From NCBI GenBank assembly GCA_949284575.1, contig CASDWO010000061.1, forward strand, positions 16,924 to 80,923: a stretch of 64,000 nt of DNA, given 5' to 3'. Below are positions 54,557 through 64,000 of this stretch, piece after piece (position 1 is the stretch's first letter; each line of letters starts with the position of its first letter). The notes beneath the pieces were generated by a model. It worked only from the letters and a program-made list of their open reading frames with translations. It was not told where the DNA came from and did no database searches. A program made the translations under genes and the position numbers. Origin of the DNA: an uncultured bacterium. GTDB lineage: Bacteria; Bacillota_I; Bacilli_A; RF39; UBA660.

Positions 54557-54616
54557 TAGTAGTCCTCTTTTCTAATGTGTTTTATATTAACACAATTTAT
54601 ATAGAAATAAAAGTCT

Positions 54617-55255
54617 CTAATAACATGTTATTCTTATAATAATAGTTATCATTGTAACTAGAAGATATAGTGTAGAAATCATAAATACAAGATAACTTAC
54701 TGCATGGTGTTTTAATAATTTATTTTTAATAGTAGTTATTACAAACTTAAGCATGGCAAAGACTATAAGTATTACTATTGGCATTAATAATAAAGATAGG
54801 TAAATTCTATGTCCATTGTTTGCCAGTGCCACTGGTAGAAAAAAGGGAAAACAAATACTAACACCTATAAAGATACTGAAATATAAGTTTAATATTAGTG
54901 ATAGTAAGGAGAAGTTCTTATAATAAATGAATAATGCTAGCGGTATAAATATTATTAACCATAAAGGATAATTAGTTATAACTTTGAAAAGGAAAGGATA
55001 ATCTTCAATATAAGTAAAGTAATAGTAACTTAAGAAGTATGCTAGTAATATTATGATAATACTTATAATTAAAAGAGGTATTTCTTTCTTAAAATGAAAC
55101 TTCTTATTTCTTACATCATCTTTAAAACTTGCATAAGAACTTTTCTTTAAATCCACTTCTTTTATATCTTTATATATTTCTTTATTAATTGTTCCACAAT
55201 AAGGACAACTAAATAAATTATCTTTATATTCTTTTTTACAATTAGGACATTTCAT
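54617..55255 (-). CDS. Zinc-ribbon multi-TM membrane protein
   Basis: CPNC...CPYCG then about 5 hydrophobic segments. Confidence 0.7.
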   Translation of the reverse strand: MKCPNCKKEYKDNLFSCPYCGTINKEIYKDIKEVDLKKSSYASFKDDVRNKKFHFKKEIPLLIISIIIILLAYFLSYYYFTYIEDYPFLFKVITNYPLWLIIFIPLALFIYYKNFSLLSLILNLYFSIFIGVSICFPFFLPVALANNGHRIYLSLLLMPIVILIVFAMLKFVITTIKNKLLKHHAVSYLVFMISTLYLLVTMITIIIRITCY

Positions 55256-55319
55256 ATTATTCTCCTTTTATTAAAGGATATCATAATTATTAAAAATTGA
55301 ACACAAAAAAAGAAGCTAA

Positions 55320-55691
55320 CTACTTAACTTCTACTGTAGCACCAGCTTCTTCTAATTTTGCTTTGATTTCATTAGCTTCTTCAACAGAAATGTTTTCTTT
55401 AATTGCAGAACCAGCATTGTCAACTAAATCTTTAGATTCTTTTAATCCTAGTCCTGTAATTTCACGAACTACTTTGATTACTGCAACTTTAGCAGCTCCT
55501 GCGTCTTTAATAGATACAGTAACTGTAGATGGACCAGCATCTTCTGTAGCTGCAGCTCCTGGAGCAGCAACTGCAACTGCTGATGGATCTACACCAAATT
55601 CTTCTTTCATTGCGTCTACTAATTCTTTAATTTCTAAAAGATTCATTTCTTTTAATGAGCTAATAAATTCTTCTTTTGTTAATTTTGCCAT
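55320..55691 (-). CDS. rplL: 50S ribosomal protein L7/L12
   Basis: [17 protein letters not shown]. Confidence 0.98.
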   Translation of the reverse strand: MAKLTKEEFISSLKEMNLLEIKELVDAMKEEFGVDPSAVAVAAPGAAATEDAGPSTVTVSIKDAGAAKVAVIKVVREITGLGLKESKDLVDNAGSAIKENISVEEANEIKAKLEEAGATVEVK

Positions 55692-55710
55692 TTTTTATTC
55701 CTCCTCTAAA

Positions 55711-56205
55711 TTAATTTTCTTCTTTTTGTTCACAATATAAATTTAAGCAGATAGATAGGTCGCGAACAAGTCCTATCATACCACCTGCAAGCATAGTAAG
55801 TAAGCCATCTCTTGATGGAATCTTTGCATACTCAGCTAACTTAGCCTCATCAGCAACTTCGCCATCAACATAACCAATCTTTAAAACTAGATTTTCATGA
55901 TCTTTAGCAAAGTCTGATAATACTTTAATTGGAGCTATTTGATCAGTACTATAAGCAAAAGCACTAGGTCCTTCTAAAGCAGTATTTACATCGATGTTTA
56001 AATCATTAAATGCTCTTGCCATTAAAGTATTTTTATATACTTTATAACTAGCGCCTGCTTCTCTTAATGCACGTCTTAGCTCTTTAATTTCAGCATCAGT
56101 TAGACCACGATAATCAAATAAAACAAATGATGTGCTATTATTTACGTTATCTTTAATTTCATCAATAACTTCTTGCTTTTTTGCTAAGATTTTTTGATTA
56201 GCCAT
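55711..56205 (-). CDS. rplJ: 50S ribosomal protein L10
   Basis: DYRGLT, KVYKNTL. Confidence 0.97.
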   Translation of the reverse strand: MANQKILAKKQEVIDEIKDNVNNSTSFVLFDYRGLTDAEIKELRRALREAGASYKVYKNTLMARAFNDLNIDVNTALEGPSAFAYSTDQIAPIKVLSDFAKDHENLVLKIGYVDGEVADEAKLAEYAKIPSRDGLLTMLAGGMIGLVRDLSICLNLYCEQKEEN

Positions 56206-56249
56206 TTTCTTCCCTCCTATTTCTAGTCAGTTTATAGTCCCTTTAATAG

Positions 56250-56340
56250 TTAAAAGTTCTCAGGAATACCCCCAAGAACTTTTATTTATAAGAATAGTCC
56301 TCGGTAGGATTTACTTTTTTTACCTACTGTCTTGGGTACT
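56250..56340 (-). promoter_or_regulatory. L10 leader with attenuator
   Basis: AAGACAGUAGG...CCUACCGAGG core, then hairpin aaaagttct...agaactttt. Confidence 0.85.
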
Positions 56341-56378
56341 GTTTAACTGATTTCTTTCTTATTATATTCTATAATCTA

Positions 56379-57077
56379 TTATTTGTCAAAAGAATTAATT
56401 TGAATCTTAATTCCAGGACCCATAGTAGATGAAATAGATATATTTTTAATGTAATCACCTTTTACTGTTGAAGGTTTTACTTTAACAATTTGTGCAACAA
56501 AAGCTTTTAAGTTTTCAAGTAAATCTTCTTCACTAAATGATGCTTTACCTATTAAGGCATGAATATTACCAAAACTATCTGTACGATATTCAACACGTCC
56601 TGCTTTAGCATCAGATACTGCTTTAGCAACATCTGTTGTAACAGTTCCAGTCTTAGGGTTTGGCATTAGACCTTTTGGTCCTAAAACACGTCCTAATTTA
56701 CCAAGTAATGGCATCATATCTGGAGTAGCAATCATAGTGTCAAATTCAAACCAATTTTCATTAGCAATTTTATCTAAATAATCTTGATCTCCAACATAGT
56801 CAGCTCCTGCTTCAGTTGCTTTTTTAGCATTGTCACCTTTAGCAATTACTAAGATACGATTAGTTTTACCTGTTCCTTTTGGTAAAACAATAGCTCCACG
56901 TAATTGTTGATCAGCTTTTTTAGTATCAAGATTTAAGTTAAGAGCTACTTCAATAGATGAATCAAATTTTGCAATACTAGTTTCTTTAACTAATTTAACT
57001 GCTTCTTCTTTGGTATATAATTTGCCTTTTTCTACTTTTGTTGAAGCTTCTTGATATTTTCTACTTCTTTTTTTCAT
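56379..57077 (-). CDS. rplA: 50S ribosomal protein L1
   Basis: [20 protein letters not shown]. Confidence 0.98.
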   Translation of the reverse strand: MKKRSRKYQEASTKVEKGKLYTKEEAVKLVKETSIAKFDSSIEVALNLNLDTKKADQQLRGAIVLPKGTGKTNRILVIAKGDNAKKATEAGADYVGDQDYLDKIANENWFEFDTMIATPDMMPLLGKLGRVLGPKGLMPNPKTGTVTTDVAKAVSDAKAGRVEYRTDSFGNIHALIGKASFSEEDLLENLKAFVAQIVKVKPSTVKGDYIKNISISSTMGPGIKIQINSFDK

Positions 57078-57090
57078 TCTTATTCCTCCT

Positions 57091-57133
57091 TATGTGGTTA
57101 TTCGGGTAAGCAATAGTTACATCCTCCCACATA
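57091..57133 (-). promoter_or_regulatory. L1-binding leader before rplA
   Basis: uauGUGGGAGG...AAUAACCACaua adjacent to the RBS. Confidence 0.75.
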
Positions 57134-57156
57134 GATATTGCTTAGATTTCTAATAT

Positions 57157-57591
57157 TTATTTTTCTTCTACAGCAACACCCATATTTTTGGCAGTTCCAA
57201 TTACAATATTTTTAGCTTCTTCAACACCATAACAATTTAAATCTGGTAATTTGATTTCTGCTATTTCTGTAATTTGGGCATCGGTTAAAGTTGCAACAAT
57301 TTCTTTAGATCCTTTAACAGAGCCTTTATTAATCTTTGCATATTTCTTTATTAAGAAACTTACTGGTGGAGTTTTAATTATAAAATCAAAACTTCTATCA
57401 TCATAGACAGATATTTCAACTGGTAAAATATCTCCCATTTTATCTCTTGTTGCATCATTATATTTTGTACAAAACTCCTGTAAATTAATTCCAGCAGGTC
57501 CTAAAACAGTACCTACAGGTGGAGCTGGTGTTGCTTTACCAGCAGGAATTTGTAATTTAATCTTTTTTACAACTTCTTTTTTCTTTGCCAC
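57157..57591 (-). CDS. rplK: 50S ribosomal protein L11
   Basis: KATPAPPVG, KTPP; GTG start after RBS GAAAGG. Confidence 0.97.
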   Translation of the reverse strand: MAKKKEVVKKIKLQIPAGKATPAPPVGTVLGPAGINLQEFCTKYNDATRDKMGDILPVEISVYDDRSFDFIIKTPPVSFLIKKYAKINKGSVKGSKEIVATLTDAQITEIAEIKLPDLNCYGVEEAKNIVIGTAKNMGVAVEEK

Positions 57592-57623
57592 GAAAAACAC
57601 ATCCTTTCTTACTTGTTTTCGCA

Positions 57624-57749
57624 AGTGGTAATAATAGCATTTCAGTATTCAGTTTCAGTATTTCAATAGTAGGATTTTTATATCCCAATTTTAGTATTAA
57701 GATTTTTGCATCTTAATTTTTGCAATTTCTGCACTTTTTGCTTCCCACT
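57624..57749 (-). promoter_or_regulatory. Expanded L1-like leader before rplK
   Basis: AGUGGGAAG...AUUACCACU closing stem around several small hairpins. Confidence 0.5.
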
Positions 57750-57819
57750 AATATTAATCTATATAAATTAATATAGCCCCTAAATAATAGCATACTTTTT
57801 CTTATTTGACAAGAGAAAA

Positions 57820-58353
57820 CTAAGCTTTTTCTATTTGAGTTAGTTCAACTTCAACTTGAGTTTCTTGTCCGAATAGATCAACATTTAAGACAATCTTTTC
57901 ATTTGGAGCATCTACTTCTTCAATTAAACCATACATTCCTGTAAATGGTCCCCCAATAATTTTTACTTTGGTACCAACTTTTAAATCATTATCTATATCT
58001 ATTCTACTTATTTTCATATTTTTTAGAATATGATCAACTTCACTTGGTTGAAGAGGAGTTGGTTTTGCTCCTTTACCACTAGAACCAATAAAGCCTGTAA
58101 CACCTGGAGTATTACGTACAATGTACCATGCTTCATCAGTCATAATCATTTCTACAAGAATATATCCTGGGAATAACTTAGTTACTTTAGTTTTCTTTAC
58201 ACCATCTTTTAGTTCTGTTTCTTCTTGTTCTGGTACAATAACTCTAAAGATATAATCTTGCATATTCATTGATTCAGCACGCATTAATAATTTTTCTTGA
58301 ACTTTTTTTTCATGTCCTGAATAAGTATTTACTACATACCATTGTTTTTCCAT
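57820..58353 (-). CDS. nusG: Transcription factor NusG
   Basis: WYVVNTYSGHE, FPGY, RNTPGVTGF. Confidence 0.98.
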   Translation of the reverse strand: MEKQWYVVNTYSGHEKKVQEKLLMRAESMNMQDYIFRVIVPEQEETELKDGVKKTKVTKLFPGYILVEMIMTDEAWYIVRNTPGVTGFIGSSGKGAKPTPLQPSEVDHILKNMKISRIDIDNDLKVGTKVKIIGGPFTGMYGLIEEVDAPNEKIVLNVDLFGQETQVEVELTQIEKA

Positions 58354-58369
58354 ATTTTATTCTTCCTTT

Positions 58370-58636
58370 CTAACTACCTATTGCATGAAGGGCTGCTATA
58401 ATAACGTCGATTAAATAGAAAAATAAAGAACAAACGATAACAAAAATAATAGTAGCAGCAGAATATTTTATCATTTCCTTCTTACTAGGCCATTTAACTC
58501 TTTTAAATTCTGTTTTTACACCAGCAAAAAAATTACCAATTCTACTTATAATGCTTTCTTTTTTCTGATGTTTTTTCTTAGAAGATTTTTTTTCTTCTTT
58601 TAAAGTATCTTTTTTTATTTCTTTTTTCTTTGTCAT
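58370..58636 (-). CDS. secE: Preprotein translocase SecE
   Basis: EFKRVKWPS plus one TM segment. Confidence 0.93.
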   Translation of the reverse strand: MTKKKEIKKDTLKEEKKSSKKKHQKKESIISRIGNFFAGVKTEFKRVKWPSKKEMIKYSAATIIFVIVCSLFFYLIDVIIAALHAIGS

Positions 58637-58742
58637 ATACACATCTTCCTTTTATATTTTTTCTAAAAGAAAAACACTTCTCAGTGCTTAAGCTTAAATT
58701 ACCACAAAGTATATTGATAGTCAAGTGTTTTTCTAAAATTAT

Positions 58743-59279
58743 TTAATCTTCAATCATATAATTATAAGATTTCATTTTACTATTATGTTTGTTTTCTTTA
58801 ATACATAGTTTTAGTAGTGAAAAACTTAGCTTTAAACTATATGAATTATCACTACGACTATTTCTATCTGTAGTATCATATATCTTATTTTCATCAATAT
58901 CTCGATAAGCTATATATTTCTTTATAATATCTATGCTAGTTAATCCTAAGCTTTCAAAGTCATATTCTACTAGTTTATTAATATATAAAGATAATAAATA
59001 TAATCTTTCAATTTTTGCAAATTGTGATTTAGTTATAATAGGAACCTCTACATTAAAATTACCTATATCATGCTTTTCTTCTTGTTTTAGTAGCTTGGCT
59101 TGATATTTAGCTAAAGCTAACTTTAAAACTTCTTCATTAGTTCTATTATAAAAATCTGTTAATCTTTCTTTTGTATACTCATCTAAATCAAAATTGTTTT
59201 TGAAGTCTTCTTGATAAGTTGGTTTAACTTCTTCAAATATATCTTTAGCAATCATTTTAGCTTGTTCTATTTTATCCAT
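58743..59279 (-). CDS. Orphan protein
   Basis: RBS GAAAGGA before MDKIEQ. Confidence 0.65.
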   Translation of the reverse strand: MDKIEQAKMIAKDIFEEVKPTYQEDFKNNFDLDEYTKERLTDFYNRTNEEVLKLALAKYQAKLLKQEEKHDIGNFNVEVPIITKSQFAKIERLYLLSLYINKLVEYDFESLGLTSIDIIKKYIAYRDIDENKIYDTTDRNSRSDNSYSLKLSFSLLKLCIKENKHNSKMKSYNYMIED

Positions 59280-59298
59280 ATTTATAATCCTTTCTAAT

Positions 59299-60253
59299 TT
59301 ATCCACATATTTGTCGATAAAGCGATTATTTTTTATTTTTTTCCACTGCCAGTGTGGATATAATTATAGAAGATCATTTCTTAAATCTGTTTTTATAATA
59401 GCAACTTTTACACAAATCTTCAACACACTTATTATCTCTAAAGCCCTCTATTATTTTTTTAGTTTTTTCTTTTTCTAATATGTCTTTTAAATCTTCTTCA
59501 AAAATATTCCCTAGATTAATAATACCATCATCATCTAGACAACATGCTGTAACTATACCGTTTGATAATATAGCTATTTGACTTTTTAAACCTTCACAAA
59601 AGCCTTCACTTTTCTCTTGTGTTAGTAGTGGCCAAGTAAATAAGTAATCTTTATCCACATATTTGTTAATATCTATTTTGGTATTCTTATTATTTTTAAT
59701 ATTTTCAACAATTTCTGTTGATAAATGATAATATTCTTTTAGTTTTTCCACAATTTTTGTGGATTTTGGATCTAGGTAGTTACTTTTTTGAGCCCAAAGG
59801 CGATAGATTATTATCTTATCTTGTGGAAAAAGAGAAACTGCTTTAAATATATCATTAAGATAGTTTAAATTATTTACTTCGGCATTTAATGATATATGTA
59901 TTTTAGATAGTGATTTATGACTAATTAACTCATTTATCTTAACTTTTAATAGAGTACCATTAGTAGTTAAGCTTACATTTATATTGTTAACATCACAGAT
60001 AGTTAAAATTTCACTTAAATTGGAATGCAGTAAGGGTTCTCCTTTTACATGAAGACAGATAGTATTTGTATAGTCTTTTACTTTAGCTATTATTTCTTTA
60101 AATTCAGTTATAGACATTTCTCTTAATGATCTTGATGATTTTTTACAAAAAGAACAAGACAGGTTACATTTATTGGTTATTTCTACATAAATGCGGTTAA
60201 ATCTTTTTTTCATTTTTTACTTCTCCTTTAATTTCCACAAAGAATGGGGATAA
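59299..60253. repeat. Cluster of six inverted DnaA-box-like pairs plus one single box
   Basis: Pairs begin at 59299, 59339, 59651, 59702, 59744 and 60231; single TGTGGAAAA at 59822. Confidence 0.7.
59374..60213 (-). CDS. Radical SAM/SPASM domain protein
   Basis: CNLSCSFC, GEPLLH, TTNG; C...CC...CxxC tail. Confidence 0.93.
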   Translation of the reverse strand: MKKRFNRIYVEITNKCNLSCSFCKKSSRSLREMSITEFKEIIAKVKDYTNTICLHVKGEPLLHSNLSEILTICDVNNINVSLTTNGTLLKVKINELISHKSLSKIHISLNAEVNNLNYLNDIFKAVSLFPQDKIIIYRLWAQKSNYLDPKSTKIVEKLKEYYHLSTEIVENIKNNKNTKIDINKYVDKDYLFTWPLLTQEKSEGFCEGLKSQIAILSNGIVTACCLDDDGIINLGNIFEEDLKDILEKEKTKKIIEGFRDNKCVEDLCKSCYYKNRFKK

Positions 60254-60257
60254 AGTT

Positions 60258-60749
60258 TTACGTAATATAACCTTTTTCTCTTCTTTTCTTTAGTTCTTTC
60301 TCGTGCTCTTCTTTTTCCTTTTCACGTTTTTTCCATTGAAGATAGCTTTGACGTTTTTTTGGTAGTTCTAAAGGTGAAAAAGGAATTTCATTATCTATAT
60401 CTTTTAAAACAGTAAAAGGTCTTGAATAAATTTCTTTAGAGTGCTGCCATGGTTTAAAAATTACTTTAGCATCCTTAGCAGGCATATGACGAAATAAGAC
60501 TTTTTCACTAGTTTCCTTAATACCATAAAACCATAATATTTCTAAATCAGCTAAATGTTGATTGATTATATTTATACAATTTCTTATAAAATCGTTTTGA
60601 TTGCTGCTACTAATACTAAGCTGATAAAATGCTAATAGACTATTAATTGTATCGCTATTTACTAATACCCATTTATCATCATCTATTTTACTTAATTCTT
60701 GATAGTTTAAATCTACTTCTGTTAACCATTTATATAATTCATCTGGCAT
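60258..60749 (-). CDS. Orphan protein
   Basis: RBS GAAGGA; charged C-terminal helix. Confidence 0.65.
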   Translation of the reverse strand: MPDELYKWLTEVDLNYQELSKIDDDKWVLVNSDTINSLLAFYQLSISSSNQNDFIRNCINIINQHLADLEILWFYGIKETSEKVLFRHMPAKDAKVIFKPWQHSKEIYSRPFTVLKDIDNEIPFSPLELPKKRQSYLQWKKREKEKEEHEKELKKRREKGYIT

Positions 60750-60791
60750 ATAAATTCCTTCTTTCTTTATATTTTTATAGAAACTATTATA

Positions 60792-62744
60792 CTATTCACT
60801 TTTCATTTCAAATAAAGCATTTCTTAGTTCCATAGCTCTTTCAAAGTCAAGTTTTTTAGCTGCTTCTTTCATTTCCGTTTCAATTCTTTCAATTTCTAAC
60901 ATTTTTTCTTTCTTAGTTAGTTTCTTCTTAGGTTTAGTAGAGTCCTTTGTATCGACATTACTTATTACTTCTCTTATTTCTTTTTCAATTGTTTTAGGAA
61001 CTATACCGTGCTCTTTATTATATGCTTCTTGGATTTCTCGACGACGTTTAGTCTCTTTAATTGCTTTATCCATAGAGTCTGTAATATTATCAGCATACAT
61101 AATTACATGACCACTTGCATTTCTTGCACAACGGCCAATTGTTTGGATAAGACTTCTCTCACTTCTTAAGAATCCTTCTTTATCAGCATCTAATATAGCG
61201 ATTAGGGATACTTCTGGAATATCTATACCTTCACGCAAAAGGTTTATTCCAACAACAACATCATAGATGCCACATCTTAAGTCATGAATAATTTGAAGGC
61301 GTTCTAGTGTTTTTATTTCAGTGTGAAGATATGCTACTTTAATGTCTAGATCTTTTAAGTAGTTAGTTAACTCTTCACTCATTCTAATAGTTAGGGTTGT
61401 AATTAGGACTCTTTCGTTTTTCTTAATACGTTCATTTATCTCTCCAACTAAGTCATCTATTTGTCCTTCTGTTTTTCTAACTTCAATAGTTGGGTCAAGT
61501 AATCCTGTTGGTCTAATAATTTGCTCAACAAACTTACCCTGTGTTTTTTCAAGTTCATAGTCTCCTGGTGTTGCAGATACATATATCGCTTGTTTTATTT
61601 TCTTTTCAAATTCATCAAACTTTAAAGGACGGTTATCAAGGGCACTAGGTAGACGAAATCCATAATCAACTAGGTTTTGTTTTCTTGCCCTATCTCCATT
61701 ATACATTCCTCTTACTTGAGGTAGAGTTACGTGAGATTCATCTACTATTAAAAGATAATCATCACCAAAGAAGTCCATTAGAGTTGTAGGAGTTTCACCA
61801 GGCTTACGTCCTGCCATAGGTGCAGAGTAGTTTTCAATACCATGACAGAAACCTGTTTCTTCTAGCATCTCTAAATCATAGTTAGTTCGTTGTTCAAGAC
61901 GTTCTGCAGCAAGAAGTTTATTTTGACTCTTAAGTTCTTCTAAACGTTCTTCCAGCTCTTTTTTTATCCTTTTAATCGCTTCTTTTAATTTATCATCACT
62001 AATTACAAAGTGACTAGCTGGGAAGATACTAACGTTTTTCTTATTAGAAATAACTGTTCCTGTTAAAACATCTATTTCACTAATTCTATCTATTTCACTA
62101 CCAAAGAATTCTATTCTATAACCAGTTTGATTTTGATTAGTAGGAATTATTTCTAAGACATCTCCTCTTACTCTAAAAGTACCACGATGAAAGTCTAAAT
62201 CATTTCTTGCATATTGCATTTCCACAAGTTTTACTAAAACTTCATTACGTTCTATTTCTTCTCCTACTCTTAGCGTTAACATTTTATTTTTATATTCTTC
62301 TACTTCTCCAATACCATAGATACAAGAAACACTAGCAACAACGATAGTATCTTTTGATGAGAGTAATGCAGATGTTGCAGCATGACGAAGTTCATCTATT
62401 TCATCATTTATAGATGAGTCTTTTTCAATATAAGTATCAGTACTAGGAACATATGCTTCCGGCTGGTAATAGTCGTAGTAAGAAACAAAATATTCCACAT
62501 TATTTTCTGGGAATAATTCTTTCATTTCACTATAAAGTTGTCCTGCTAGTGTTTTATTATGAGCAAGAATAAGTGTTGGTTTATTAACCTCTTTAATGAC
62601 ATTAGCCATAGTAAAGGTCTTACCTGTTCCTGTCGCACCTAGTAAGACTTGTTCTTTTTTACCTTCTTTTATTCCTTCTACTAACTCTTTTATCGCCTCT
62701 GGTTGGTCTCCACTAGGCTTAAATTTTGATACTAATTTGAACAT
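60792..62744 (-). CDS. uvrB: Excinuclease ABC subunit B
   Basis: [23 protein letters not shown]-terminal UVR domain. Confidence 0.98.
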   Translation of the reverse strand: MFKLVSKFKPSGDQPEAIKELVEGIKEGKKEQVLLGATGTGKTFTMANVIKEVNKPTLILAHNKTLAGQLYSEMKELFPENNVEYFVSYYDYYQPEAYVPSTDTYIEKDSSINDEIDELRHAATSALLSSKDTIVVASVSCIYGIGEVEEYKNKMLTLRVGEEIERNEVLVKLVEMQYARNDLDFHRGTFRVRGDVLEIIPTNQNQTGYRIEFFGSEIDRISEIDVLTGTVISNKKNVSIFPASHFVISDDKLKEAIKRIKKELEERLEELKSQNKLLAAERLEQRTNYDLEMLEETGFCHGIENYSAPMAGRKPGETPTTLMDFFGDDYLLIVDESHVTLPQVRGMYNGDRARKQNLVDYGFRLPSALDNRPLKFDEFEKKIKQAIYVSATPGDYELEKTQGKFVEQIIRPTGLLDPTIEVRKTEGQIDDLVGEINERIKKNERVLITTLTIRMSEELTNYLKDLDIKVAYLHTEIKTLERLQIIHDLRCGIYDVVVGINLLREGIDIPEVSLIAILDADKEGFLRSERSLIQTIGRCARNASGHVIMYADNITDSMDKAIKETKRRREIQEAYNKEHGIVPKTIEKEIREVISNVDTKDSTKPKKKLTKKEKMLEIERIETEMKEAAKKLDFERAMELRNALFEMKSE

Positions 62745-62864
62745 AGGTATCACTCCCCTTGCAAGTATTATATCATTAAGACTTTATACTGACAAAGAAA
62801 TTTGCTTATAAAAACTACCTTTATTTATTTTTAGTTGCTATAATATATCCAAAGGAGTACGCTT

Positions 62865-63392
62865 ATGAAAAAAATATGTGTTTTAATAATTGTTATTTTT
62901 ATAATAACTATTATTGGTATTAGTGCTATTTTACTTTTGTCAAAGCCTGATAAAAATAGTGAACGAATTAATTCTACACTTTATCAAAGATTTCAAGAAT
63001 CTACTTATAGTTTTACTGGCAAAAGTGATAATTTTGAATTCAGGATTGGAAGAGCTTATCTTTCTAATAATGAAAATAGGATTTATTTAGATGATTTTAG
63101 ACAAACAAAGGAAATAGATGGTATTGAGTCTTTATATCTTCACATTTACTTTAATAATGAACTAAGTAGTACTTATCTTAATACTGATAAGTTAAATAAT
63201 TTAAATAAAACTTTTGATAGTCTTTCTTTCTATGAAGGTAAAATATGTCCTAATAACAATGGAGAATGTCTCTATAGTCCTTTTGAAAATGCTACTAAAG
63301 ATAATTTTAAAGATGGTATTAAAGTGGTGATAGAATATTGTTTAGATAATAAAACTTGTAAAGATGAAGTATTTAAATTAAATTATGAATAA
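62865..63392 (+). CDS. Membrane-anchored or secreted hypothetical protein
   Basis: N-terminal hydrophobic helix; paired cysteines; RBS AAGGAG. Confidence 0.7.
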   Translation: MKKICVLIIVIFIITIIGISAILLLSKPDKNSERINSTLYQRFQESTYSFTGKSDNFEFRIGRAYLSNNENRIYLDDFRQTKEIDGIESLYLHIYFNNELSSTYLNTDKLNNLNKTFDSLSFYEGKICPNNNGECLYSPFENATKDNFKDGIKVVIEYCLDNKTCKDEVFKLNYE

Positions 63393-63424
63393 AGAACTCT
63401 AGCTAAAAACTAAAATTCTTTTAT

Positions 63425-63718
63425 TTACATACCTATTAAATCAAAATTAAGAGGATCTTCTTTAAGTAATTCAATAATATTAGTATTAGAATATTTTTCT
63501 ATTCTCATCTTGATGGAATTAACATCATCATAAAATAAATTAGGTTTAGTTATAATAATATCTTTTATATTAGTAAGTCCTATTGAAAAAAAATAATTTA
63601 ATATAGATGATATCCTTTCTTCATTCATTTCTATTTCTAATCTATCTTCTTCATTTATAGAGTTAGTAATATCTTTTATATCTTCATTAGTTAAATTATA
63701 TTTTATTAGATAGTCCAT
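63425..63718 (-). CDS. Small helical protein with an mTERF-repeat-like segment
   Basis: RBS GAGGTG before MDYL; ILNYFFSIGLTNIKDIIITKPNLF. Confidence 0.6.
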   Translation of the reverse strand: MDYLIKYNLTNEDIKDITNSINEEDRLEIEMNEERISSILNYFFSIGLTNIKDIIITKPNLFYDDVNSIKMRIEKYSNTNIIELLKEDPLNFDLIGM

Positions 63719-64000
63719 TAATATACTCACCTCTTCCTTTAACTGCTATTTTAAGCATATTAAATGTTTTCTCATCAAGATACATTCCTCTAGTAACTGA
63801 ATATAGTAGAGCATTATCATCACTAATGCCTTTTTCTTTTAAAGAACTATAGCATCTTAGTACTTTTAACCTGGAAATTATCTCATTACCTATTTTATAT
63901 TGATATGGATTGTTATCAACTCTATACTGCTCTTCTAATACTCTTATTTTTTCATCTGTTAAAATAGCATCTTGATAAGTAATAGGATTTTCTTTTGTAA
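63696..64000 (-). CDS. Hypothetical protein, 3' end only
   Basis: Hand-translated open frame ...TKENPITYQDAIL...IISRLKVLRCY...GLSNKI*. Confidence 0.65.
   Translation of the reverse strand, partial: TKENPITYQDAILTDEKIRVLEEQYRVDNNPYQYKIGNEIISRLKVLRCYSSLKEKGISDDNALLYSVTRGMYLDEKTFNMLKIAVKGRGEYINGLSNKI

Noticed and set aside
55297..55740. 147-aa plus-strand ORF
   Set aside because: It is the antisense shadow of rplL.
59299..60253. oriC
   Set aside because: No dnaA, dnaN or rpmH nearby, boxes lie inside a CDS, and gene orientation does not flip.
1502..62811. Short ORFs antisense to or overlapping real genes (1502, 1847, 5708, 6931, 15871, 18471, 21829, 22387, 23333, 24059, 25300, 25641, 27282, 28046, 29204, 35336, 38338, 50293, 52350, 54387, 60647, 62596)
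   Set aside because: They overlap well-supported genes on the opposite strand and show no recognisable motifs.
1..64000. CRISPR array, IS elements, tRNA or rRNA genes
   Set aside because: No regularly spaced repeats, transposase ORFs or tRNA/rRNA signatures were seen in the intergenic regions.

Overview
This is a very AT-rich chromosomal window from a genome-reduced, spo0A-carrying member of Bacilli; an uncultured gut RF39-like lineage is my inference. It uses the standard genetic code, and most genes lie on the minus strand. The core content is trmB, a cell-wall cluster (three FemABX/MurM paralogs, MurJ, S66 LD-carboxypeptidase), T-box-controlled leuS, the S10-spc-alpha superoperon lacking rpmD, dinB, a split glycolysis cluster (gap-pgk-GT4-tpiA ... 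gpmI) with spo0A inside it, rpoBC, secE-nusG-rplKAJL and uvrB. Three signals stand out. (1) A compact, unannotated type I toxin-antitoxin-like locus at 9644-9973, with a 25-aa hydrophobic peptide, a 5'/3' fold-back mRNA and a convergent antisense promoter. (2) Inverted DnaA-box pairs with fixed 4-5 bp spacing, clustered around and inside a radical SAM gene and also dispersed at gene ends. (3) Orphan effector-like genes (variant Fic, two zincins, TPR-nuclease-like and others) inserted between housekeeping operons, many ending in similar basic C-terminal tails. I saw no rRNA, tRNA, CRISPR array or transposase.
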